Assembly: GCA_024408335.1 (NCBI GenBank)
Contig: JAKSVB010000010.1
Coordinates: 3,431-67,430 of the forward strand
Length of the DNA: 64,000 nt
Direction: 5' to 3'
From: Bacilli bacterium
Lineage (GTDB): Bacteria; Bacillota_I; Bacilli_A; RFN20; CAG-826
Part shown: positions 28,323-37,136 of the stretch, piece by piece
Layout: the number at the start of each line of letters is the position of its first letter
Numbering within the stretch: the stretch's first letter is position 1
Notes under the pieces: model-generated
What the model was told of the DNA's origin: nothing
Seen by the model: only the letters and a program-made list of their open reading frames with translations
Databases searched by the model: none
Translations under genes and position numbers: made by a program

Positions 28323-28589
28323 ATGGATTTTTTATTCACTCCAAACGCGTGGGATGATTATTCTTTTTGGGGCGAAAATGATAAAAAGACCCGAAAAAAG
28401 ATAAACGATTTGTTTAAAGATATATCAAGAAACGGTGCTTCGGAAGGAGTTGGGAAACCTGAGCCTCTAACAGGAAATATGAAAGGTTTTTATAGCAGAA
28501 GGATTAATGATAAAGACCGTCTTATCTATAAAGTCGAAGGCAACACGATCACCATCATCTCTTGTAGATACCATTATTCGGATAAATAG
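28323..28589 (+). CDS. yoeB: Type II toxin, YoeB/Txe family (RelE-fold mRNA interferase)
   Basis: 88 aa; '…WDDYSFWGENDKKTRKKINDL…LIYKVEGNTITIISCRYHY' is YoeB-like. It starts 3 nt after yefM. Terminator at 28596-28628. Confidence 0.85.
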   Translation: MDFLFTPNAWDDYSFWGENDKKTRKKINDLFKDISRNGASEGVGKPEPLTGNMKGFYSRRINDKDRLIYKVEGNTITIISCRYHYSDK

Positions 28590-28595
28590 ATACTT

Positions 28596-28628
28596 GGCAC
28601 GGCTATCAGCTCGTGCCTTTTTCTTTTT
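28596..28628 (+). terminator. Terminator after yoeB
   Basis: GGCACGGCT-atc-AGCTCGTGCC followed by TTTTTCTTTTT. Confidence 0.75.
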
Positions 28629-28653
28629 GAAACCACTTTCAAGGTTCTATAGA

Positions 28654-28682
28654 TTGAATATCTTTTATAAATAAAATATATT
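28654..28682 (+). promoter_or_regulatory. Putative sigma-A promoter of the pur operon (TTGAAT-17-TATATT)
   Basis: -35 TTGAAT at 28654-28659 and -10 TATATT at 28677-28682, immediately upstream of the riboswitch-like element. Confidence 0.45.
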
Positions 28683-28704
28683 ATTTATATACTGAAAAAC
28701 GTAA

Positions 28705-28790
28705 GTATTATTGTGACTGACGGTAGATGCGAATTAACGCAATGGAGCAATAATAAGTTCAGTAGCAACGTCGACCGTCTGGGCACACTC
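28705..28790 (+). promoter_or_regulatory. Candidate ZTP (pfl-motif) riboswitch in the purE leader
   Basis: P1 TTATTG(28708-13)/CAATAA(28748-53). 'GTGACTGACGG' (28713-23) matches the conserved 'GUGACUGGCG'. P2 GCG…CGC and a conserved 'GGAGC' (28744-48) are present. The 3' 'CCGTCTGGGCA' (28775-85) matches 'CCGCCUGGGCA'. The G>A / C>T difference is compensatory for the pseudoknot (GACGG·CCGTC). A U-rich tract at 28829-28840 lies before purE. Confidence 0.6.
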
Positions 28791-28855
28791 GTAGAATTGA
28801 TCTTTATCAGTATTCTATCGGCGTGTCTTTTTATTTTTTCGGAAAGGAAACCACT

Positions 28856-29350
28856 ATGAAGAAAGTTGGAATCGTCATGGGAAGCGCAAGCGATCTCCCA
28901 ATCCTCAAAAAAGCATTTGAACAACTTGATGCCCTTGAAGTTCCTTATGAGGCTCATGTCTATTCAGCCCATAGAACACCAGAGGAAGCGGGAGAATTTG
29001 CAGCTAACGCCAAAGCAAACGGATTCGGAGTCATTATCGCAGCAGCAGGCATGGCCGCTCATTTAGCAGGAGCAATTGCTGCAAGAACCACTCTTCCAGT
29101 CATTGGAATCCCATGCAAATCAGCAGCCCTTGATGGTATGGACGCTCTTCTTGCAACCGTTATGATGCCTTCAGGAATCCCAGTTGCGACAGTGGCCATT
29201 GACGGCGCTAAAAACGCAGCCATCTTAGCGGCAGAAATCATTTCTCTTAGTGACGAAGCCCTCGCTTCACGCTTAGAAGCAATGAGAGAAGAAGGCGCAA
29301 AAGCGGCCCTCGAAAAAGATAAGGAAATCGCTGAAGCCTTCAATAAATAA
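28856..29350 (+). CDS. purE: PurE (N5-CAIR mutase / AIR carboxylase; class not determinable, no purK nearby)
   Basis: Start at MKKVG (SD GGAAAGGAAA); the ORF-track start is 28823. PurE fold '[13 protein letters not shown]…PVIGIP'. Confidence 0.85.
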   Translation: MKKVGIVMGSASDLPILKKAFEQLDALEVPYEAHVYSAHRTPEEAGEFAANAKANGFGVIIAAAGMAAHLAGAIAARTTLPVIGIPCKSAALDGMDALLATVMMPSGIPVATVAIDGAKNAAILAAEIISLSDEALASRLEAMREEGAKAALEKDKEIAEAFNK

Positions 29351-29381
29351 ACAAGTCGGCAAAGAAGAAGGAGGGAAAGAG

Positions 29382-30800
29382 ATGTCATCATTACATGAAG
29401 AATGTGGAATATTCGGAGTATATTCACCAGTCAAACAAGACGTTGCTAGAACTGCATATTATGGTTTATTCGCCCTCCAACACCGTGGACAAGAGTCCTG
29501 TGGCATCGTCGTTTGTGATGACGGAGTCTTCTCAAGATATAAAGATTTAGGTCTTGTTGAGGAGGTCTTCACCGAACGTCACCTCGCTCGCTTAGGGCAG
29601 GGAAACATCGCTGTAGGCCACGTTAGATATGGCACTACAGGAGCCACGGATAGGCACAACGCCCAACCTCTTGTCGTCAATCATATCCATGGTCATATCG
29701 CCATCGCTCATAATGGCAATATCACCAACTCCTTGGAACTCCGTTCGCAACTCGAACTCCAAGGCTCAATCTTCCATACAACCTCAGATACAGAGGTCAT
29801 ATCCTATATAGTCACGAGAGAAAGAATCACTTCGAATTCAATCGAAGAGGCGGTGGAACGTGCAATGTACACCATCAAAGGTTCTTATTCTCTTGCCGTA
29901 ATGTCACCAACAAAACTCGTCATCGCTCGCGATCCATTTGGTTTTAGGCCTCTTTGCTTCGGGATTAGAGATGATGGCACCTATATCGCCGCTAGCGAAA
30001 CATGTGCCCTTGACTCAGTTGGCGCTAAGTTCGTTCGCGATGTCCTTCCAGGCGAAGTCGTCTACTTCGACAAAAATGGCGTCCACTCAATCAAAACGCA
30101 TTGTGGCAAGCAAAAGAAACACATCTGCGTCTTCGAATACGTTTACTTCGCTAGACCTGATTCAGTGATCGACGGCATATCGGTTCATTCAGCAAGAGTC
30201 AAAGCAGGCGAATACCTTGCAAAATCGCATCCTGTTGAGGCTGATATCGTTATCGGAGTTCCGGATTCAGGACTCGACGCAGCAATCGGATACTCAAAGG
30301 AATCAGGCATCCCTTATGAAATCGGATACATCAAAAACAAATATATTGGTCGTACGTTCATCGCTCCTGGCCAAGACAATAGAGAAGACAAAGTCAAATT
30401 GAAACTGAACCCTGTCTCTTCTGTCGTAAAAGGCAAGCGAGTGGTTGTCATTGATGACTCAATCGTTAGAGGCACGACAAGCAAGAAGACAATCAAGCTC
30501 CTTCGCGATGCTGGCGCCAAAGAAATCCATATGAGAATATCATCCCCGACCTTCCTTAATCCTTGCTACTATGGCACGGACATCGATTCGAAAGATAATC
30601 TCATCGCCTGTCACCATTCGGTAGAGGAAATCGCGAAGATCATCGGCGCGGATTCCCTTGGGTTCCTGTCGATTGAGAATGTTAAGGATATCGCAGGCGG
30701 CGAATGTTGCACGGCTTGCTTTGATGGGGCTTACCCAACGGCAATACCAAGCGATACCAGAAAATCAAGGTTTGAAAACAAGATCTCAGATAAAGAGTAA
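29382..30800 (+). CDS. purF: Amidophosphoribosyltransferase
   Basis: 472 aa with propeptide 'MSSLHEE' before the catalytic 'CGIFGV'. 'ALQHRGQES' and the PRTase loop '[12 protein letters not shown]' are present. SD GGAGGGAAAGAG. Confidence 0.9.
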   Translation: MSSLHEECGIFGVYSPVKQDVARTAYYGLFALQHRGQESCGIVVCDDGVFSRYKDLGLVEEVFTERHLARLGQGNIAVGHVRYGTTGATDRHNAQPLVVNHIHGHIAIAHNGNITNSLELRSQLELQGSIFHTTSDTEVISYIVTRERITSNSIEEAVERAMYTIKGSYSLAVMSPTKLVIARDPFGFRPLCFGIRDDGTYIAASETCALDSVGAKFVRDVLPGEVVYFDKNGVHSIKTHCGKQKKHICVFEYVYFARPDSVIDGISVHSARVKAGEYLAKSHPVEADIVIGVPDSGLDAAIGYSKESGIPYEIGYIKNKYIGRTFIAPGQDNREDKVKLKLNPVSSVVKGKRVVVIDDSIVRGTTSKKTIKLLRDAGAKEIHMRISSPTFLNPCYYGTDIDSKDNLIACHHSVEEIAKIIGADSLGFLSIENVKDIAGGECCTACFDGAYPTAIPSDTRKSRFENKISDKE

Positions 30801-30815
30801 ATGGAGGAGAGAAAC

Positions 30816-31865
30816 ATGAAAAACTCAAAATCAGAATCATACGCAGCAGCAGGTGTTGATATCACCGCAGGTTACAAAGCCGTTGAGCTCATGAAGGCTC
30901 ATATCGCTAGAACCATCGTCCAAGCTAAAGCAGACGACATTGGTGGTTTCGGTGGCCTTTTCACCCTTGACCTTGAGGGCTACAAACATCCAATCCTCGT
31001 TTCAGGAACAGATGGCGTTGGAACCAAACTCAAGATGGCTTTCTTAATGGATAAGCATGACACCGTCGGCATCGACTGTGTCGCAATGTGTGTCAATGAT
31101 GTCATTTGCTGTGGCGCAAAACCTCTCTTCTTCCTTGACTACATCGCTTGTGGCAAGAACTATCCAGAAAAGATCGCCGACATCGTTTCCGGCATCTGCG
31201 ATGGCTGTGTCATGGCACATAGCGAACTCGTAGGTGGCGAAACCGCTGAAATGCCAGGGTTCTACCCAGTTGATGAATATGACCTTGCAGGCTTCTCAGT
31301 CGGCATCGTCGACAAAGACAAAGTCATCGACAACAAAAAGATGGCAGCAGGAGACGTTATGATTGCTCTTCCAAGCAGCGGCGTTCACTCAAATGGCTTC
31401 TCTCTTGTTAGAAAAGTCTTCGATATTGAGAACGCTGACATCAAGACTCCTCTTGAAGCTCTTGGCGGCAAGTCTCTTGGCGAAACTCTCCTCACCCCAA
31501 CCAAAATCTACGTTAAGTCTGTCCTCGCTCTTCTTGATGAAGTCGAGGTCAAAGGCATCTCACATATCACAGGCGGTGGCTTCTACGAGAACATGCCTCG
31601 TTCCATCCCTGACGGACTCAAAGTCGTCATCAAGAAAGAAGACGTCAAAGTCCTTCCGATCTTCAAACTCATTGAGGAAACTGGAAACATCCCAGAAAGA
31701 GATATGTTCAATACCTACAATATGGGTGTTGGCATGTCCATCATCGTTAAACCAGAGGACGTTGAAAAGTCTCTTGCCATCTTAAAAGCCCATGGCGAAG
31801 ACGCTTACGTCGTTGGTCACATCGAAAAATCAGAAACAGAAGAAAAGATTGAAATCAATCTCTAA
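30816..31865 (+). CDS. purM: Phosphoribosylformylglycinamidine cyclo-ligase (AIR synthetase)
   Basis: PurM family ('YAAAGVDI', 'GGFGGLF'). Start set at 30816 (SD GGAGGAGA, 5-nt spacer); the ORF-track start 30801 would abut the purF stop. Confidence 0.88.
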   Translation: MKNSKSESYAAAGVDITAGYKAVELMKAHIARTIVQAKADDIGGFGGLFTLDLEGYKHPILVSGTDGVGTKLKMAFLMDKHDTVGIDCVAMCVNDVICCGAKPLFFLDYIACGKNYPEKIADIVSGICDGCVMAHSELVGGETAEMPGFYPVDEYDLAGFSVGIVDKDKVIDNKKMAAGDVMIALPSSGVHSNGFSLVRKVFDIENADIKTPLEALGGKSLGETLLTPTKIYVKSVLALLDEVEVKGISHITGGGFYENMPRSIPDGLKVVIKKEDVKVLPIFKLIEETGNIPERDMFNTYNMGVGMSIIVKPEDVEKSLAILKAHGEDAYVVGHIEKSETEEKIEINL

Positions 31866-31870
31866 GCACA

Positions 31871-32485
31871 ATGAAGAAAGAATACGCTAACATTGCAGTC
31901 TTCGTTTCGGGAGGAGGAACTAACCTCCAGGCGATTCTTGACTCGATCGATAAAGGAATCATTCGTTCAGGCAAAGTCACTCTTGTCGTTTCGAATAAGA
32001 AAGACGTCTATGCCCTCGAAAGAGCGAATAACCATAACATCGAATCGCTTGTCGTCTCTAAGAAAGAACTTGGTTCCCAAGAAGCATTTGAAGACGCTCT
32101 CTTAAAGGCTCTTAAAGAAAGAGACATCGACCTCATCGTTCTTGCTGGATTCCTAGCGATCCTCTCTGAAAGATTCGTCAAAGAATACCCAAATAGAATC
32201 ATCAACGTTCACCCATCCCTTATCCCATCCTTCTGTGGAGACGGCTATTATGGCCTTCACGTCCATGAAGCGGCTCTAGCGAAAGGGGTTAAGGTCACAG
32301 GCGCAACAGTCCACTTCGTTAACGAAATCACCGATGGAGGAAAGATCCTCCTCCAAAAAGCGGTTGAAGTTAAAGAAGGTGACACCCCAGAAATCTTACA
32401 ACGCCGCGTCATGGAAGAAGCCGAATGGATCATTCTCCCTCAAGCGGTTGAAATGGTATCAAAACAGTTATTGGAGGATAAATAA
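31871..32485 (+). CDS. purN: Phosphoribosylglycinamide formyltransferase
   Basis: 204 aa; 'IAVFVSGGGTNLQAI' and 'NVHPSLIPSF' are PurN motifs. Confidence 0.88.
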   Translation: MKKEYANIAVFVSGGGTNLQAILDSIDKGIIRSGKVTLVVSNKKDVYALERANNHNIESLVVSKKELGSQEAFEDALLKALKERDIDLIVLAGFLAILSERFVKEYPNRIINVHPSLIPSFCGDGYYGLHVHEAALAKGVKVTGATVHFVNEITDGGKILLQKAVEVKEGDTPEILQRRVMEEAEWIILPQAVEMVSKQLLEDK

Positions 32486-33204
32486 TGAATATCTACGCTG
32501 TTAATAACATCAAAGAGCTCATCAAGGACAACCCTTATGTCGGACGTGGCATCGTCATCGGCAAAACACTTGATGGCACAAAAGCAGCCTTTGCTTACTT
32601 CATCATGGGCAGAAGCGAAAACTCAAGAAACAGAGTCTTCACCTTCAAGGATAACGTCCTCTACACCGAGCCATTCGACGCTTCAAAAGTGGAAGACCCA
32701 TCACTTATCATTTACGCCGCAGTTAGAGATATCGATAACAAGATGATCGTCACTAACGGCGACCAAACCGATACCATTTACGAAGGCTATAAAGCAGGCA
32801 AGTGCATGAAGCACTCCCTCAAAACTCGTGCCTTCGAACCTGATTTCCCTAACCTCACCCCACGTATTTCAGGCGTTCTCAAATTCGAAGAAAAAGATTT
32901 CTCATACGAGATGTCGATCCTTAAGTCCGCTGACGAAAAAGGAACATCATGCAATAGATATTATTTCGAGTATGACGCTCTCCCAGGACTTGGACACTTC
33001 ATCCACACCTATGTGACTGATGGAAACCCAATCCCAACCTTCCAAGGCGAACCAGAAAGAGTGGCCATCCCTAATGACATCGACGAATTCACAAGCGATA
33101 TCTGGACTGGCTTAAACGAGAACAACAAAATCTCGCTCTATGTCAGATACGTTGATTTAGTTACTAAAGAAGTCACTACAAGACTTATCAATAAAAACAA
33201 ATAA
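32485..33204 (+). CDS. purO: IMP cyclohydrolase, archaeal PurO-like (stand-alone)
   Basis: 239 aa; 'YVGRGIVIGKT…AFAYFIMGRSENSRNRVF' resembles the PurO (Ntn-hydrolase-fold) IMP cyclohydrolase family. It sits inside the pur operon, and the purH here lacks its IMPCH domain. The ATG overlaps the purN stop. Confidence 0.6.
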   Translation: MNIYAVNNIKELIKDNPYVGRGIVIGKTLDGTKAAFAYFIMGRSENSRNRVFTFKDNVLYTEPFDASKVEDPSLIIYAAVRDIDNKMIVTNGDQTDTIYEGYKAGKCMKHSLKTRAFEPDFPNLTPRISGVLKFEEKDFSYEMSILKSADEKGTSCNRYYFEYDALPGLGHFIHTYVTDGNPIPTFQGEPERVAIPNDIDEFTSDIWTGLNENNKISLYVRYVDLVTKEVTTRLINKNK

Positions 33205-33216
33205 GGAGAAGCAAAG

Positions 33217-34650
33217 ATGGAAGAAAGAAAAGAATACATTTCCCCATTCTCAACCCGCTACGCCAGCGAAGAGATGCAGTACGTTTTCTCAAACGATTTC
33301 AAGTTCCAAACCTGGAGAAAGCTTTGGGTATCTTTAGCCAAAAGCGAAAAGAAGTTAGGACTTAACATCACCGATGAGCAAATCGAAGAACTCGAAGCTC
33401 ATATGACTGACATCAACTACGATGTCGCCGAAGAAAGAGAAAGACTCGTCCGTCATGACGTCATGTCTCACGTCTACGCTTATGGTCAACAATGCCCAAA
33501 AGCAGCAGGCATCATCCATCTTGGCGCAACATCTTGCTATGTTGGCGATAATACCGATGTCATCATCCTCAAAGAGGCAAGCAAGATCATCCTTAAGAAA
33601 GCCGCTCAAGTTTTAGCTAACCTTAAGGCGTTCGCTATCAAATACAAAGACCTTCCTTGCCTTGCTTACACTCACCTCCAACCAGCTCAATTAACCACAG
33701 TCGGTAAGAGAGCAACCCTTTGGATGAACGAGCTTGTCATGGACGTCGAAAACCTCGTCTATCAAATGGATAACCTCAAGCTCCTTGGTCAAAAAGGTAC
33801 AACAGGCACCCAAGCATCATTCATGGAACTCTTTGCTGGAGATGAAGCCAAAGTCAAAGAACTCGAGAAACTCATCGCTAACGATATGGGATTCGAATCA
33901 TGCGTCCCAGTCTCTGGCCAAACATATTCACGTAAAGTCGATAGCTATTTCCTTAGCGTCCTTTCAGGATTCGCCCAATCAGCATACAAATTCTCCAATG
34001 ACCTCCGTATCCTCCAATCATTTGAAGAGATTGAAGAGCCATTCGAAAAGAATCAAATCGGCAGCTCCGCAATGCCATATAAGCGTAACCCAATGAGAAG
34101 CGAAAGAATCTCTTCTCTTGCTAGATACGTCATCGTCGACTCTATTAACCCAGGTCTTACAGCAGGCACCCAATGGTTTGAAAGAACCCTTGATGACAGC
34201 GCCAACAAGCGTATTTCCGTTGCTGAAGCTTTCTTAGCAGTTGACGCAATCCTTAACATCTACATCAACATCTCATCAAACCTCGTCGTTTATGAGAACG
34301 TCATCCGCCGCCGTGTCATGGAAAAACTTCCATTCATGGCAACCGAGAACATCATGATGGAAGCCGTCAAGCGTGGTGGCAACCGCCAAGAACTCCATGA
34401 AGCAATCCGTGTCCATTCCCAAGCAGCAGCCTACGAAGTCAAGATGAACGGCAAGCCAAATGACCTCATCGATAGACTCGTCGCTGACCCAATGTTCAAC
34501 CTCAAAAAGGAAGACATCGAAAAAGAACTCGACCCAGCTAAGTACACTGGCAGAGCCTCTTCACAAGTCGTTGAATTCATTGCAGATTTAGTCGATCCGC
34601 TTCTCAAGAAATACCAAGGTGAAGACATCACCGCCACTTTGAAAGTCTAA
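33217..34650 (+). CDS. purB: Adenylosuccinate lyase
   Basis: 477 aa in the fumarase/ASL superfamily ('SSAMPYKRNP', 'GSSAMP' signature). SD AAGGAGAAG. Confidence 0.9.
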   Translation: MEERKEYISPFSTRYASEEMQYVFSNDFKFQTWRKLWVSLAKSEKKLGLNITDEQIEELEAHMTDINYDVAEERERLVRHDVMSHVYAYGQQCPKAAGIIHLGATSCYVGDNTDVIILKEASKIILKKAAQVLANLKAFAIKYKDLPCLAYTHLQPAQLTTVGKRATLWMNELVMDVENLVYQMDNLKLLGQKGTTGTQASFMELFAGDEAKVKELEKLIANDMGFESCVPVSGQTYSRKVDSYFLSVLSGFAQSAYKFSNDLRILQSFEEIEEPFEKNQIGSSAMPYKRNPMRSERISSLARYVIVDSINPGLTAGTQWFERTLDDSANKRISVAEAFLAVDAILNIYINISSNLVVYENVIRRRVMEKLPFMATENIMMEAVKRGGNRQELHEAIRVHSQAAAYEVKMNGKPNDLIDRLVADPMFNLKKEDIEKELDPAKYTGRASSQVVEFIADLVDPLLKKYQGEDITATLKV

Positions 34651-34664
34651 TTAGGAGAACTTAC

Positions 34665-35849
34665 ATGAAAGAATTCGAACTCAAATACGGTTGTAACCCA
34701 AATCAAAAGCCATCAAAGATCTACATGGCTAATGGAAGCGAACTTCCAATCGAAATCCTTAATGGCCGCCCAGGCTACATCAACTTCCTTGACGCCTTCA
34801 ACTCATACCAACTTGTCAAAGAACTCAAAGAAGCTCTTGGTTTTGTTGCCTGTGCTTCCTTCAAACACGTTTCTCCAACAAGCGCCGCTATCGGTCTTCC
34901 TCTTGATGAAAAACTCAAGAAGGCATGTTTCGTCGATGACGTCAAAGGCTTAGACGAATCACCAGTTGCCTGCGCTTACGCTAGAGCAAGGGGCACCGAC
35001 AGAATGTGCTCATTCGGTGACTGGGTTGCTTTCAGTGACGAAGTTGACCTTGTAACCGCTTTAATGGTCAAGCGTGAAGTTAGTGACGGCATCATCGCTC
35101 CAAGCTATTCTCCAGAGGCTCTCGAAGTCTTAAAGGCTAAGAGAAACGGTACCTATAACATCGTCAAGATCGATCCTTCCTATGTCCCAGAAGAAAAAGA
35201 AACCAAACAAGTCTATGGCATCACCTTCGAGCAAGGAAGAAACAACTTCAAAATCAACCGCGAACTTCTTTCAAATATCGTTACCAAAAACAAAGAACTC
35301 CCAGAAAGCGCAGTCCAAGATCTCATCATCGCGCTTATCACTCTCAAATACACCCAATCAAATTCAGTTTGTTATGCCTACAAAGGCCAAGCAATCGGCG
35401 TTGGTGCTGGTCAACAATCAAGAATTCACTGCACCCGCTTAGCAGGCACCAAGGCAGACACATTCTTCCTCCGTCAACACGATAAGGTTCTTAACCTCCC
35501 ATTCCTCCCAACCATCAAGCGTCCAGATAGAGATAACGTCATCGATGGCTACATCAATCAAAACGAAGAAGATGTCTGCGCTGATGGAAATTGGCAAAAA
35601 TACTTCACTCACCAACCAGAAAGATTCACCCTTGAAGAGCAAAAAGCCTATCTTGCAACCATCACAGGCGTCTCTTTAGGAAGCGACGCATTCTTCCCAT
35701 TCTTTGACAACATCGAAAGAGCGAAACGTTCAGGTGTCTCATATGTTGCTGAACCTGGTGGCTCAATCAGAGATGACCTCGTCATCGAATGCGCTGACAA
35801 ATACGACATGGTTATGGCATTCACCGGAATGCGTTTGTTCCATCACTAA
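34665..35849 (+). CDS. purH: AICAR transformylase-only PurH (no IMP cyclohydrolase/MGS-like domain)
   Basis: 394 aa, beginning directly with the AICARFT-domain motif 'ELKYGCNPNQ' (compare 'LRYGENPHQ'). About 200 aa of N-terminal IMPCH domain are absent. SD AGGAGAA. Confidence 0.75.
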   Translation: MKEFELKYGCNPNQKPSKIYMANGSELPIEILNGRPGYINFLDAFNSYQLVKELKEALGFVACASFKHVSPTSAAIGLPLDEKLKKACFVDDVKGLDESPVACAYARARGTDRMCSFGDWVAFSDEVDLVTALMVKREVSDGIIAPSYSPEALEVLKAKRNGTYNIVKIDPSYVPEEKETKQVYGITFEQGRNNFKINRELLSNIVTKNKELPESAVQDLIIALITLKYTQSNSVCYAYKGQAIGVGAGQQSRIHCTRLAGTKADTFFLRQHDKVLNLPFLPTIKRPDRDNVIDGYINQNEEDVCADGNWQKYFTHQPERFTLEEQKAYLATITGVSLGSDAFFPFFDNIERAKRSGVSYVAEPGGSIRDDLVIECADKYDMVMAFTGMRLFHH

Positions 35850-35864
35850 TCTTAGGAGAAACCA

Positions 35865-37136
35865 ATGAAGGTCTTAGTCGTTGGAAGCGGTGGCAGAGAA
35901 CACGCCATCATCAAGAAAATCAAAGAAAACAAAAGCGTCGAAACTATTTATGCCTACCCAGGAAATGGCGGCATGAAAGATGACGCTACTTTGGTTGCAG
36001 GCTCTGCAACCGATATCGAAGGTGTCGTCTCATTCTCAAAAGAAAACAAAGTGGATTATGTCATCGTCACTCCGGATGACCCACTCGTCTTAGGCATGGT
36101 CGATGCTCTCGAAAAAGAAGGCATTCCTTGCTTTGGCCCTAGAAAGAACGCTGCCATCATCGAAGGTAGCAAAGTCTTCTCAAAGGACTTAATGAAAAAA
36201 TACGGCATCCCAACAGCAGCCTATGAAGTCTTTGATGACGTCAATAAGGCTCTTGCTTACGTTGAGACTTGTCCAATCCCAACAGTCGTCAAAGCCGATG
36301 GCCTTGCTTTAGGAAAAGGCGTCGTCATTGCTACTACTAGAGAAGAAGCTAAGCAAGCCGTCATTAGCTGTATGAGCGATCACCAATTTGGTGCTTCAGG
36401 CGATCACATCGTCATCGAAGAATTCTTAGAAGGACCAGAGGTTTCTGTCCTTTCCTTCACCGATGGCAAAACCCTTAAGCCAATGATCTCAAGCATGGAC
36501 CACAAACGTGCCCTTGATAATGATGAAGGCCTCAATACCGGCGGCATGGGCACAATCGCTCCAAACCCATATTACACTGAAGAAATAGCCAAGGTTTGCA
36601 TGGAAAAGATCTTCCTTCCAACAATCGAGGCTATGAACAAAGAAGGGAGAACCTTCAAAGGCTGTCTCTACTTTGGCCTTATGATCACCAAAGATGGACC
36701 AAAGGTCATTGAATACAATTGCCGCTTTGGCGATCCAGAAACCCAAGTCGTCCTTCCGCTTCTTGAAAGCGACCTCCTTTCAATCATGATGGCAACCACT
36801 AACGGAACTCTCGATAAGACTGAAGTCAATTTTAGCTCCAAGTCTTCGTGCTGCGTCATCATGGCTTCAAAAGGATATCCAACCCATTATGAGAAGGGCT
36901 TTGAAATCACCTATGACCCATCAGTCAAAGACGACATCTATTTCGCAGGTGCAAAGCTTGAAGGCGATAAGCTTCTTACTAATGGTGGCCGTGTCTTAGG
37001 CGTCACATCAGTTGGCGAATGCCTTAAGTGCGCCATCAAAGCCTCATACGAAAAAGTTAACAAAATCCATTTCGATAACAGTTTCTACCGCCACGATATC
37101 GGCGCTAGAGCGCTTAGTGCAAAGGAGAGCAAATAA
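35865..37136 (+). CDS. purD: Phosphoribosylamine--glycine ligase
   Basis: 423 aa with the ATP-grasp fold ('MKVLVVGSGGREHAI'). SD AGGAGAAACC. Confidence 0.9.
   Translation: MKVLVVGSGGREHAIIKKIKENKSVETIYAYPGNGGMKDDATLVAGSATDIEGVVSFSKENKVDYVIVTPDDPLVLGMVDALEKEGIPCFGPRKNAAIIEGSKVFSKDLMKKYGIPTAAYEVFDDVNKALAYVETCPIPTVVKADGLALGKGVVIATTREEAKQAVISCMSDHQFGASGDHIVIEEFLEGPEVSVLSFTDGKTLKPMISSMDHKRALDNDEGLNTGGMGTIAPNPYYTEEIAKVCMEKIFLPTIEAMNKEGRTFKGCLYFGLMITKDGPKVIEYNCRFGDPETQVVLPLLESDLLSIMMATTNGTLDKTEVNFSSKSSCCVIMASKGYPTHYEKGFEITYDPSVKDDIYFAGAKLEGDKLLTNGGRVLGVTSVGECLKCAIKASYEKVNKIHFDNSFYRHDIGARALSAKESK

Noticed and set aside
28791-28855. Clear intrinsic terminator stem for the ZTP expression platform
   Set aside because: A U-tract (28829-28840) is present, but I could not pair a convincing stem that includes the 3' pseudoknot strand. 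The platform may act at the translational level, or my hand-folding is inadequate.
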